Source: an uncultured Bacilli bacterium
GTDB lineage: Bacteria; Bacillota_I; Bacilli_A; RF39; UBA660
DNA: 60,987 nucleotides
Reading direction: 5' to 3'
NCBI GenBank assembly: GCA_934162325.1
Contig: CAKPIH010000002.1
Location: 1-60,987, forward strand
How positions within the stretch are numbered: the stretch's first letter is position 1; each line of letters begins with the position of its first letter. A program made the translations under genes and the position numbers. Shown here piece by piece: positions 8,780-18,119 of the stretch. The notes below the pieces were generated by a model. That model searched no databases, was not told where the DNA came from, and saw only the letters and a program-made list of their open reading frames with translations.

Positions 8780-10376
8780 TTTAAAAAAACAATTAAATGG
8801 TAAAGAGATACTCCAGGATATTTCATTTACACTATCGGATAAAGACAAAGTGGGTCTCGTGGGTGTAAACGGTTCAGGTAAATCAACACTCTTAAAAATT
8901 TTATCTGGAGAATTAGAAAAAGATTCCGGCACTATAAAATTAAATGAAGAAATTATTGGTTATTTAAAACAAGAAATTCCATATATATTTAATGATTTAT
9001 CCGTAATTGAATACCTAAAAAAAGAAACTAATATAGAAATATTGGAAAAAAAACTTCATGCATTAGAAGAAAATTTAACTGAAGAAAATATGGAGGAATA
9101 TGGTATTATACAAAGTCAATTTTTAGCAATTGATGGGTATATGTTTGAAGAAAACCTTACTAATATTTTACTAGGATTACACTTTAATAAATCATTAAGT
9201 TGTAAAATAGGTACTTTATCAGGAGGAGAGAAAATAAAAATTTTATTAGCGGCACTAATTCTAAAAAATAATGATATTATTTTACTTGATGAACCAACAA
9301 ATAACTTAGATATCGAAGCAATAGAATGGCTTGAAAATCATTTAAAACAATCAAGCAAAAAAATGATAATCATTTCACATGATGAAGTGTTTTTAAATAA
9401 TGTTGTAAACAAAATATTTGAACTAAAGGATGGTAAAATTAAAGAATACAATCTATCATATAAAGAATATCTAAAACAAAAAGAATATGAATATAATAGA
9501 GAAAAAGAGGAATATATAAAAGCTCAAGAAGAAAAAGAAAAATTAAAAAAGCAAGTACAAAAAGCAAAAGAGTGGGCAAGCAAAGGGACAAGTAAGAAAA
9601 ATAGAAGTGATAATGACAAGTTATCAAATAATTTTGCTATAGAAAGAACAAATACAAAAAATATATCAAAATTAACTAGAACTCTACAAAATTTAGAAAT
9701 TCCGGAGTTTGAAGAAAAGATACCTATAAAAGTATTTTTTACCTTTGATAATTCTAAAGGAAATAAAGATATAATTTTAGAAAATTTAATATGTGGCTAT
9801 CCAGATTTTAAAACACCAGAAATAAACCTAATTATTCCATTTGGAACAAGGGTTAGAATAACCGGCGGTAATGGTTCCGGAAAAACAACAGTAATAAAAA
9901 CAATTTTACACGAAATACAACCATTATCTGGAAACATAAAAATAGGAAATGATGTAAAAATTGGTTATATTTCTCAAAATACATTAAGTGCAAATACTGA
10001 AGAAAGTATTTATACTTATTTAACAAAAAACAATCCCAACATAGATAAATCACAAGTATTTATATTATTAGATAAATTTAATATTAGTTATGACGAAAAA
10101 GACAAGCCATATTCAATTCTATCTCCTGGAGAAAGAACAAGAATAAATCTAGTTAAATTGGCTTTAGAAAAAATAAATGTATTAATATTAGATGAGGTAA
10201 CAAACCATCTTGATAAAGAGGCACTAGATTTAATATACGAGTTAGTTGAAGGCTATGAAGGAACAATAATAAGTATTTCACATAACAGAAGATATAATGA
10301 ATATTTAGACGCTGATATTGAAGTAGATATAACAAATGGAAATATAAAACACAAAAGTTTAATTCGCCATAGATAA
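8766..10376 (+). CDS. ABC-F family ATPase (two ABC domains, no membrane domain)
   Basis: Walker A GVNGSGKS and GGNGSGKT. Signatures LSGGEK and LSPGER. Walker B ILLDEPTNNLD and LILDEVTNHLD. K/E-rich interdomain linker. ATG 8766 overlaps the ThiF-like stop by 14 nt (the ORF-track start 8748 is a GTG inside the SD). Confidence 0.85.
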   Translation: MIVNNLKKQLNGKEILQDISFTLSDKDKVGLVGVNGSGKSTLLKILSGELEKDSGTIKLNEEIIGYLKQEIPYIFNDLSVIEYLKKETNIEILEKKLHALEENLTEENMEEYGIIQSQFLAIDGYMFEENLTNILLGLHFNKSLSCKIGTLSGGEKIKILLAALILKNNDIILLDEPTNNLDIEAIEWLENHLKQSSKKMIIISHDEVFLNNVVNKIFELKDGKIKEYNLSYKEYLKQKEYEYNREKEEYIKAQEEKEKLKKQVQKAKEWASKGTSKKNRSDNDKLSNNFAIERTNTKNISKLTRTLQNLEIPEFEEKIPIKVFFTFDNSKGNKDIILENLICGYPDFKTPEINLIIPFGTRVRITGGNGSGKTTVIKTILHEIQPLSGNIKIGNDVKIGYISQNTLSANTEESIYTYLTKNNPNIDKSQVFILLDKFNISYDEKDKPYSILSPGERTRINLVKLALEKINVLILDEVTNHLDKEALDLIYELVEGYEGTIISISHNRRYNEYLDADIEVDITNGNIKHKSLIRHR

Positions 10377-10388
10377 AAAATTATTAAT

Positions 10389-10430
10389 AAAGAGAAAAGT
10401 ATTTAACCATTATTTTTCTCTTTATTTTTT
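10389..10430 (+). terminator. intrinsic terminator after the ABC-F gene
   Basis: AAAGAGAAAA / TTTTCTCTTT 10-bp stem followed by ATTTTTT. Confidence 0.7.
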
Positions 10431-10538
10431 ATTATATTTTAATAGTCACTTATATTTGTTACTATCATTAAATTATAAATAATCAGCAGTTTTAAAAAAA
10501 ATTAATAATATACCCATATACTTGTCAAGAAGTTCAAA

Positions 10539-10650
10539 GTATATATCCCTAACTACTCTACTCTATAATAAATACGGCTGGTATCCTATTTAAAGACAAT
10601 AAAAAAATATTGGCTTTAAATAGCACTTTAAGACCCAAGACTTAAAGTGA
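10539..10650 (+). repeat. hairpin-repeat family, right-arm copy
   Basis: GTATATATCCC..CTATAATAAATACGGCTGGTAT box, then hairpins CTATTTAAAGAC..GGCTTTAAATAG and CACTTTAAGAC..GACTTAAAGTG. Confidence 0.7.
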
Positions 10651-10734
10651 CAAAAAATAACAAAATAAACATCTTACCCTTTATAATATCCCTAAAATAT
10701 GATACAATGAAATAGAGAAAAGTGAGGTAACAAG

Positions 10735-12816
10735 ATGCAAATACAAGAATTAAATAAAGAACAACAAAAAGCCGTTAATCATATAGATGGACCAATGCTT
10801 GTTTTAGCAGGAGCAGGTTCAGGGAAAACCAAAGTATTAACAAATAGAATAGCAAATCTAATCGAAAATGGTATAAGTCCATATAACATATTAGCTATAA
10901 CATTTACTAATAAAGCTGCTAAAGAAATGAAAGATAGAGTAGTAAGATTAATAGGCAAAGAAGCCTATAATATCCAAATATCAACATTCCATTCCTTAGG
11001 CCTAAAAATACTAAAAGAAAACTATAGCATGTTAGGCTATGAAAAAAACTTTACTATTATAGATAGTGATGATGTCCTAACAATCATAAAGAAAATATTA
11101 AAAGATAAAAATATGTCTAAAGATAGATATAACCCAAGAGAAATAAAAAATAAAATAAGTTCTGCTAAAAATGAAATGATGAGTATAGATTCATTTGCTA
11201 AAGTAGAGTTTGACCACAAAGTAGTCGAAGTCTACAAAGAGTACCAACAAAAACTAAAAAATGGTAATTCCGTAGACTTTGATGACTTACTAATACTACC
11301 AATAAAACTATTCAAAAATTACCCTCGTGTATTAGAAGAATATCAAGATAGATATAAATACATCCTAATAGATGAATATCAAGATACCAATGAAGCCCAA
11401 TATACCTTTAGTAAACTATTATCAGCAAAGTATCGAAATATCTTCGTAGTAGGAGACAATGATCAAGCCATCTATGCCTTTAGAGGAGCCAACTACAAGA
11501 ATATCCTAAACTTCGAAAAAGATTACCCCGAGGCTAAAACAATCTTACTTGAAGAAAATTATCGTTCAACCAAAACAATATTAAATGCCGCTAATAGCGT
11601 AATCAAAAATAACCATGAAAGAAAAGATAAAAACCTATGGAGTAATAATGCAACTGGTAATAAAATAAAATATAAAGAAGTAGCAAATGAAAAAGAAGAA
11701 GCATCATTTGTAGGAACTGAAATAAAAAGACTATTAAGTGAAGGCATAAACGAAGAAGATATAGCGGTATTATATCGTACCAATGCCCAGTCCCGTGTTA
11801 TTGAAGAAGAAATGCTAAAGAAAAATATTAAATATAGAGTTGTAGGAAGTTTCTACTTCTATAACCGAAAAGAAATAAAAGACCTATTATGTTACTTAAG
11901 ACTAATAAATAATCATAAAGATGATGTAAGTTTGCTTAGAGTAATAAATACCCCAAGAAGAGGAATCGGAGATAAAACAATTGAGACTCTAACTGAAGAA
12001 GCATCAGCTAAAGAATTATCCCTATATGAAACAATAAGTAAAGGAAAAGAACTAGAGTTCAAAAACCTAATCGAAGACCTAACCAAAGCTAGTGAATCAT
12101 TATCACTAACTGAATTAATAGATGAAATTTTAGAAAAAACAGGTATCAAAAAAGAACTATCAACATCCAAATTACTCGAAGATGAAATAAGACTAGAGAA
12201 CCTAAATGAGTTCAAGGGCGTAACCAAAAGTTATGAAGAAGAATATGGAACTGCCTCCCTTGGAGACTTCCTAGACGAAATCTCATTAGTAAGTGACATG
12301 TCCGAACATCAAGATAGTTCAAATAGAGTAAGCCTAATGACCGTTCATTCCGTTAAAGGACTAGAATTTGATTATGTCTTCATTGTTGGTATGGAAGAAG
12401 GAATATTCCCTCACTATAATGCTATCAATGATGGAAGTAATTCCGCTATCGAAGAAGAAAGAAGACTATGCTATGTCGCTATAACAAGAGCCAAAAAAGA
12501 ATTATATATCACATCAGCAGATACCAGAATGTTATTTGGTAATCCAATGAGAAACCAACCAAGTAGATTTATTGATGAAATAGATAAAGAATATATCGAT
12601 AAAGAAAGACCAAAAAAACTAGAAAAAATAATAACTAAAGTAAGAAAGGCTGTCGACAAAAATGCCACTTATGAAGTAGGAGAACATATCTTACATACCG
12701 AGTTTGGTGAAGGAATAGTCATAAGTGTCGATAAATCCATCATAACCGTAGCCTTCCCACATCCATTTGGTATCAGAAAACTAATGAAAGGCCATCCAAA
12801 CATAACCAAATTATAA
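10735..12816 (+). CDS. pcrA: ATP-dependent DNA helicase PcrA (UvrD/Rep SF1)
   Basis: 693 aa with AGAGSGKT, ILIDEYQDTN, VGDNDQAIYAFRGA, ENYRST, MTVHSVKGLEFD and CYVAITRAK motifs. Confidence 0.9.
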   Translation: MQIQELNKEQQKAVNHIDGPMLVLAGAGSGKTKVLTNRIANLIENGISPYNILAITFTNKAAKEMKDRVVRLIGKEAYNIQISTFHSLGLKILKENYSMLGYEKNFTIIDSDDVLTIIKKILKDKNMSKDRYNPREIKNKISSAKNEMMSIDSFAKVEFDHKVVEVYKEYQQKLKNGNSVDFDDLLILPIKLFKNYPRVLEEYQDRYKYILIDEYQDTNEAQYTFSKLLSAKYRNIFVVGDNDQAIYAFRGANYKNILNFEKDYPEAKTILLEENYRSTKTILNAANSVIKNNHERKDKNLWSNNATGNKIKYKEVANEKEEASFVGTEIKRLLSEGINEEDIAVLYRTNAQSRVIEEEMLKKNIKYRVVGSFYFYNRKEIKDLLCYLRLINNHKDDVSLLRVINTPRRGIGDKTIETLTEEASAKELSLYETISKGKELEFKNLIEDLTKASESLSLTELIDEILEKTGIKKELSTSKLLEDEIRLENLNEFKGVTKSYEEEYGTASLGDFLDEISLVSDMSEHQDSSNRVSLMTVHSVKGLEFDYVFIVGMEEGIFPHYNAINDGSNSAIEEERRLCYVAITRAKKELYITSADTRMLFGNPMRNQPSRFIDEIDKEYIDKERPKKLEKIITKVRKAVDKNATYEVGEHILHTEFGEGIVISVDKSIITVAFPHPFGIRKLMKGHPNITKL

Positions 12817-12836
12817 AAAAGAAAAGAGGAGTAGTT

Positions 12837-13790
12837 ATGAAAAAAACACTATTAGGTTTTACCATAGTATTACTATTAATGACCATAGAAATACTAATAC
12901 TAAATAATGATATTATGATTTTAAATGCTTCAAATAAATTATTAGAAGAAGACCTAAAAGATAAGAAAGATATAAGTACTTTAAAAGAAGAAAAAGAAAC
13001 TTTAAATACCTCAGTATCTGACTTGCTCGCGGTCTCTACCTTCAGTGATGAAGATATAGAAGAAATAATGACTAGTGAAAAAACAATCTCTAAGGACCTT
13101 GAAGACAATATAACATCACTAGAAAATACCATCGTAGATTTAGAAGATAAACTATCAAGTCTTCAAAAAGAATACTATAAACTAGTCAAAGAAAATGCTG
13201 AAAAAAATAGTTTCTATATTTCAAATGTACCCTTTATCAATCAGTATCCCAACTATCCAACCGGTTGTGAATCAGTAGCCTTAACCATTCTTCTAAATTA
13301 CTATGGAGTAGCAGTAACTCCTGACAATATCATAAACAAATTACCAAAGGGAAGTGTTCCCGTAACAAAAAATGGCAAACTATATGGAGGCAATCCTGAA
13401 GTAGAGTTTATAGGTAATCCCTATAGTTTAAATGCTTACGGAGTATATGAAAAACCAATTGCTAATGTTGCTAGCCAATATAAAAGTGGTATCAAAATAG
13501 CAACAGGAACCAGTTTTGAAAAAATACTAGAAGTAGTAAAAACAGGAAAACCAGTTATGGTATGGACTTCCATGTATTTAGCAGTCCCTTATATATCACA
13601 GTCTTGGATATATGAACCAACAGGAGAAACAATTTACTGGAAGGCCAATGAACATGCTGTAGTAATAATAGGTTATACCGAAGATAAAGTTATAATATCA
13701 GACCCAATAGATGGTAAGGCCAAATATCAATCAAAAAGTATCTTCAAAGAAAGATATAACTATTATGGAAAGAAGGCGTTATATTACTAA
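12837..13790 (+). CDS. membrane-anchored peptidase C39-like (YvpB-like) protein with coiled-coil linker
   Basis: N-terminal TM helix and E/K-rich coiled coil. C-terminal INQYPNYPTGCESVA (Cys) and EHAVVIIGY (His) fit the C39_2 papain-like fold. Confidence 0.6.
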   Translation: MKKTLLGFTIVLLLMTIEILILNNDIMILNASNKLLEEDLKDKKDISTLKEEKETLNTSVSDLLAVSTFSDEDIEEIMTSEKTISKDLEDNITSLENTIVDLEDKLSSLQKEYYKLVKENAEKNSFYISNVPFINQYPNYPTGCESVALTILLNYYGVAVTPDNIINKLPKGSVPVTKNGKLYGGNPEVEFIGNPYSLNAYGVYEKPIANVASQYKSGIKIATGTSFEKILEVVKTGKPVMVWTSMYLAVPYISQSWIYEPTGETIYWKANEHAVVIIGYTEDKVIISDPIDGKAKYQSKSIFKERYNYYGKKALYY

Positions 13791-14107
13791 TGAGAAATAA
13801 AAAAATAAACAAAATATTAACTACAATAATAATCATCATAACCCTAATAGTATTTAGCCTTCTAGTACATACCCTATATCAAAAAATAACTCTAAGTAAC
13901 AAAAATAAAGAACTAAATAACTACCTAAAAGAACATCAAGAATTAACTGAAGAGATAGAAAATTTAAAAAATATCAAAGAAAATTATGAACTAATCAAAG
14001 AAAATAATCAAAATCTAGAAAAACAAAAACAAGACTTAGAAGATAAAATAACTACTCTAAATACCAAAATAAATAAAGTAAAGAAAGATATAGATAAATT
14101 AAAATAG
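13790..14107 (+). CDS. TM-anchored coiled-coil protein
   Basis: 105 aa with one TM helix followed by heptad-rich K/E/N sequence. Start overlaps the upstream stop. Confidence 0.4.
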   Translation: MRNKKINKILTTIIIIITLIVFSLLVHTLYQKITLSNKNKELNNYLKEHQELTEEIENLKNIKENYELIKENNQNLEKQKQDLEDKITTLNTKINKVKKDIDKLK

Positions 14108-14152
14108 TATCTATTTCTTTTTTTATAACATATAATACAGTAGGAGGTATCT

Positions 14153-14710
14153 ATGGATTATAGTATTTTAGTAAATAAAGATAATCCCCTGCCAAGAGCA
14201 TATATACCAAATACATTAGAAAATGCTCATAGTGAATATAAAGAAAACATATTACTAGATAATAAAGCCCTAGAAGCATTTCAAGAACTAAAAAGAGAAG
14301 CCTTAAGATATGGATATCATATCGATATAGTAAGTGGCTATCGAGATTATGATTATCAAGAAAAAATATACAATAAATTACTAGAAGAAAAAGGTTTTAC
14401 CTATGCCATAACAAGAATAGCATCTCCTGGTAAGAGTGAACATCAAACAGGATTAGCCTTAGATTTTTGTATATATAAAGATGGAAAATGTTATATAGAA
14501 CATGATGTTGAAGATAAAATAGAAACTAAATGGATACATCAAAATAGTCATAGATATGGTTTTATCATAAGATATCCTGAAGGAAAAGAAGATATAACAA
14601 AGTATAGTTATGAACCATGGCATTTAAGATATGTAGGAAATATAGCTAGTAATATTTATAACAATAACCTAACGCTAGAAGAATATAAAGATAAAGAGTC
14701 TATTAAATAG
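14153..14710 (+). CDS. M15B D-alanyl-D-alanine carboxypeptidase (VanY-like)
   Basis: SGYRDYDYQ, SEHQTGLALD and EPWHLRYVG zinc-ligand motifs. Confidence 0.8.
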   Translation: MDYSILVNKDNPLPRAYIPNTLENAHSEYKENILLDNKALEAFQELKREALRYGYHIDIVSGYRDYDYQEKIYNKLLEEKGFTYAITRIASPGKSEHQTGLALDFCIYKDGKCYIEHDVEDKIETKWIHQNSHRYGFIIRYPEGKEDITKYSYEPWHLRYVGNIASNIYNNNLTLEEYKDKESIK

Positions 14711-14718
14711 ATTCTTTT

Positions 14719-14930
14719 TCAGTACCGTCTCACACTATGTTGTTCGCCGTTTTCTAATGCCTAAGGTCATTAGAAAAAAAGTTTTGAGCCTGTCATCTCA
14801 AAACTAAAATTATTTCTTCTTAGAATGATCACAGTACATAATAATTAACTTATATATAATAAATATGGTTGATATCTTGTTGTTAGACCCAGACTAACAA
14901 CAACACTGCAAGACCCTAGGCTTGCAGTGA
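14719..14930 (+). repeat. hairpin-repeat family, full composite copy (left arm plus right arm)
   Basis: Left arm: CTCACACTATGTTGTTCG box, hairpins TTCTAATG-CCTAAGGT-CATTAGAA and TTTTGAGCC..TCTCAAAA. Right arm: TATATATAATAAATATGGTTGATA box, hairpins TTGTTGTTAGAC..GACTAACAACAA and CACTGCAAGACCCTAGGCTTGCAGTG. Confidence 0.75.
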
Positions 14931-14950
14931 TAAAAAATAATATAAACATA

Positions 14951-15007
14951 TTGACATCTTATAGTAATAGTGATATTATTTAAATATATGAATATATATT
15001 CATATAT
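14951..15007 (+). promoter_or_regulatory. cad promoter with ArsR/SmtB-type palindromic operator
   Basis: TTGACA (14951-14956), 17 nt, TATTAT (14974-14979). A perfect 24-bp palindrome ATATATGAATAT|ATATTCATATAT (14984-15007) contains the TGAA..TTCA core of 12-2-12 operators. Confidence 0.7.
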
Positions 15008-15023
15008 AATAAGGAGGAATAAT

Positions 15024-15350
15024 ATGATAGATAATGTAGATATAAATAAAATACAAAAAGAATTACTTGAAGAAGATACAATTATTGATATAGCAGAACT
15101 ATTCAAAGTATTTGCAGATTCAACAAGAGTAAAAATAATAAATGTATTATTAGAAAATAAATTATGTGTTAGCGATATAGCAACACTAGTAGGAGGAACA
15201 CAGTCCGCTATTTCACATCAACTAAGAATACTAAAATCAGCAAAATTAGTAAAATATACCAAAATAGGAAAAACAGTCTACTACGAACTAAGTGATGACC
15301 ATATAAAGAAACTATTTAATATTGGAAAGGAACATATAAATGAAATATAA
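15024..15350 (+). CDS. cadC: ArsR/SmtB-family metalloregulator (CadC-like)
   Basis: SD AAGGAGGA before ATG 15024. LFKVFADSTRVKIINVL and CVSDIA...SAISHQLRILK wHTH. Overlaps the downstream P-type ATPase gene. Confidence 0.8.
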   Translation: MIDNVDINKIQKELLEEDTIIDIAELFKVFADSTRVKIINVLLENKLCVSDIATLVGGTQSAISHQLRILKSAKLVKYTKIGKTVYYELSDDHIKKLFNIGKEHINEI

Positions 15351-17376
15351 ATATAATATCAAAAATCTAGACTGTGCTAATTGTGCTAAAACCATTGAAA
15401 ATAAATTAAATGAAGATAAAAATATCAAAAAAGCCATCGTTAATTTTAATTCATCAACAGTAACTGTGGAAACAGACCTAAAAGATGCTTTTACTTATAT
15501 AAAAAAAATAGTAAGTGAAATAGAACCAGATGCTATCTTAAGTGAAGATAAAATAAAAGAAAATAAAAATATAGATATCTATAGAATAGTACTAGGAGGA
15601 TTAATAGGATTACTTGGAATAGTATTAAAATTACCAAACTATTTAAGTACTATCTTAATAGTAGTAGCCTATATAATCCTAATATATAAAACATTACTAA
15701 CTGCTATTAAACAATTAAGAAAGAAAGTAATAAATGAAAACTTCCTAGTAACAATATCTGCTCTCGGTGCTTTTGCGCTAGGAGATTCTCATGAAGGCTT
15801 AATGGTCCTATTCTTATATGATTTAGGAAAAGTATTAGAAAGCATGGCTGTAAATAAAAGTCGTAACTCTGTAGCCGAACTTATGGATATCAAAGAAGAA
15901 ACATCAAACTTAAAAGAAAATAATAAAATAATAGTAGTTCCAACAACCGAAATAAAAGTAGGAGATATAATCGTAGTCAAAGAAGGAGAAAGAGTACCAC
16001 TAGACGGAACTATAGTAAAGGGTTCTTCCATGTTAGATACAAGTGCTCTAACCGGAGAATCACTTCCAATATCAGTAAATATTGGAGATAACATCTTATC
16101 AGGAAGTATAAATAAAGGAGGTTTACTAGAAGTAAAAGTAACATCAATCTATAAAGATTCAACAGTAAATAAAATACTAGAATTAGTAGAAACTGCTACC
16201 GAAAGAAAAACCAAAACCGAAAAAGTAGTATCAAAATACTCATCTAAATATACATTAGGAGTAATCATAATAGCAGTCCTAACAGCACTCTTATTACCAC
16301 TATTTACAAGTCTAACATATAGTGAAAGTATCTATAAAGGATTAACAATACTAGTAATATCTTGTCCATGTGCTATAGCCATATCAATACCATTATCATA
16401 TTTTTCAGGTATTGGAGCATCATCTAGAGAAGGAATACTAGTAAAAGGAAGTAATTATCTAGATAGTATCAAAAATATCAAAGAAATAGCCTTTGATAAA
16501 ACAGGAACTATCACAACAGGAGAGTTCTATATATCAAAAATAAATATCCACAACAAAGAATATACTGAAGATAAAATAATGGAAATTTTTGCTAAAGGAG
16601 AATCCCTTTCAAATCATCCTATTGCTAAATCAATATTAAAAAAATATAATAAAGAAGTATCTCATAAAGATATCAAAGACTTTAAAGAAGTATCAGGAAA
16701 AGGAATAGAATTTACTTATAAAAAAGATAAAGTAAAAATAGGAAACCCTAAATACTGTGGTATCAAAGAAGAAAGTAGTAATATATATCTAACAATAAAT
16801 AATAGCTTAGTTGCAGATATCGAAATAAAAGACGAAATAAAAAGTACTGCTAAAGCAACAATAAAAAAATTAAAAGATATGAATATAATAGTTCATATGT
16901 TTACTGGAGATACCAAAGAAAAAGCCGAAGAAATATCAAAAGAACTAAATATCGAAGATGTAAACTATAGTATGTTACCAAACGATAAATATAACTATTT
17001 AGAAAAAATAATCACAAACAAAAAAGAAGGAACAATCGTAGCCTTTGTTGGAGATGGTATCAATGATGCCCCGGTTCTAAAACTAGCAGATCTAGGTATT
17101 TCTATGGGTCATCTAGGAACAGACTCTGCTATCGAAGCATCAGACATAGTAATAATGAATGATAATCTAGATAAAATAATAACTGCAATAAACATATCTA
17201 AAAAAACAGGAAAGATAATAAATCAAAATCTAATCTTTGCTATAGGTATAAAACTATTAGTACTAATATTAACTTTACTAGGAGTATCAACAATGCTAGA
17301 GGCTGTCTTTGCTGATGTAGGAGTAACAGTATTATGTATTCTAAATACTCTAAGATTATTAAAAAATAATAAATAA
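15340..17376 (+). CDS. cadA: heavy-metal (Cd/Zn/Co-type) P1B-type ATPase
   Basis: N-terminal HMA domain with CANC. TGES, CPC, DKTGTIT and GDGINDAP motifs. Confidence 0.9.
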   Translation: MKYKYNIKNLDCANCAKTIENKLNEDKNIKKAIVNFNSSTVTVETDLKDAFTYIKKIVSEIEPDAILSEDKIKENKNIDIYRIVLGGLIGLLGIVLKLPNYLSTILIVVAYIILIYKTLLTAIKQLRKKVINENFLVTISALGAFALGDSHEGLMVLFLYDLGKVLESMAVNKSRNSVAELMDIKEETSNLKENNKIIVVPTTEIKVGDIIVVKEGERVPLDGTIVKGSSMLDTSALTGESLPISVNIGDNILSGSINKGGLLEVKVTSIYKDSTVNKILELVETATERKTKTEKVVSKYSSKYTLGVIIIAVLTALLLPLFTSLTYSESIYKGLTILVISCPCAIAISIPLSYFSGIGASSREGILVKGSNYLDSIKNIKEIAFDKTGTITTGEFYISKINIHNKEYTEDKIMEIFAKGESLSNHPIAKSILKKYNKEVSHKDIKDFKEVSGKGIEFTYKKDKVKIGNPKYCGIKEESSNIYLTINNSLVADIEIKDEIKSTAKATIKKLKDMNIIVHMFTGDTKEKAEEISKELNIEDVNYSMLPNDKYNYLEKIITNKKEGTIVAFVGDGINDAPVLKLADLGISMGHLGTDSAIEASDIVIMNDNLDKIITAINISKKTGKIINQNLIFAIGIKLLVLILTLLGVSTMLEAVFADVGVTVLCILNTLRLLKNNK

Positions 17377-17389
17377 CTATTTGACAGCA

Positions 17390-17432
17390 AAAATGAGTAA
17401 AACCATATATCATAAGGAATTACTCATTTTTT
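17390..17432 (+). terminator. intrinsic terminator after cadA
   Basis: AAAATGAGTAA / TTACTCATTTT 11-bp stem running into a T-tract. Confidence 0.65.
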
Positions 17433-17512
17433 AATTGTTGTGATTTTATTAAAATAACTAGTTGTAATAAATAAAAAAATAATATATAATTATATTGTAA
17501 ATAGGAGGACAT

Positions 17513-18061
17513 ATGAATACAGTAATAGCCATAATTTTTATATCGGTAATAGGAACACTTTTACATTTCATGTATGAATGGTCAGGACATAATAAAGTAG
17601 TATCCCTTTTTGCCGCAGTTAATGAAAGTACTTGGGAACATATCAAAATAGCCTTAACTCCAACCTTTATATGGACACTATATGATGGAGCAGTATATGG
17701 CCTTAATCCCAATTACTTTGAAGCCAAAGCCTTAAGTATATTAGTAATAATAGTGCTAATACCATTACTATTTTATGCCTATCAATTAATAACCAAAAAA
17801 GCCATATTACCAATAGATATCACAATATTCTATTTAACTATTATTATAAGTAATCTAGTATTTAACTATGTAATAAATATGGAAGCATTACATTTCTTCT
17901 ATGCATACATATCAGTAATAGTATTATTTATAATATTCGGTTCCTATATGGTATTAACATTATTACCAATAAAAAACTTCTTATTCAAAGACCCAATAAC
18001 CAAAAGATATGGAATAAGAGGACATTCCCATCATGAACACAAAGAACATAAAGAAAAATAA
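17513..18061 (+). CDS. polytopic membrane protein (DUF6512-like) with His-rich C-terminus
   Basis: 182 aa with LHFMYEWSGHN and VNESTWEHIKIAL motifs and about 5 TM helices. Tail is RGHSHHEHKEHKEK. Confidence 0.45.
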   Translation: MNTVIAIIFISVIGTLLHFMYEWSGHNKVVSLFAAVNESTWEHIKIALTPTFIWTLYDGAVYGLNPNYFEAKALSILVIIVLIPLLFYAYQLITKKAILPIDITIFYLTIIISNLVFNYVINMEALHFFYAYISVIVLFIIFGSYMVLTLLPIKNFLFKDPITKRYGIRGHSHHEHKEHKEK

Positions 18062-18101
18062 TCAAAATATGTTTTAATAACATATTTTTTTTGATATAAT
18101 A
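18054..18101 (+). repeat. 48-bp direct repeat, copy 1 (terminator plus -10 box)
   Basis: AAAAATAATCAAAATATGTTTTAATAACATATTTTTTTTGATATAATA. Matches 19003-19050 with one mismatch. Confidence 0.85.
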
Positions 18102-18119
18102 GAGAAAAGGAGGAGTATT

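Noticed and set aside
14741-14796. The hairpin repeats as ordinary Rho-independent terminators, a CRISPR array or integron attC sites
   Set aside because: The hairpins are followed by A-tracts or mixed sequence, not U-tracts, and usually sit after a separate genuine terminator. Copies are dispersed rather than tandem with spacers. The boxes do not match the attC R'/R'' consensus (GTTRRRY), and no integrase is present.
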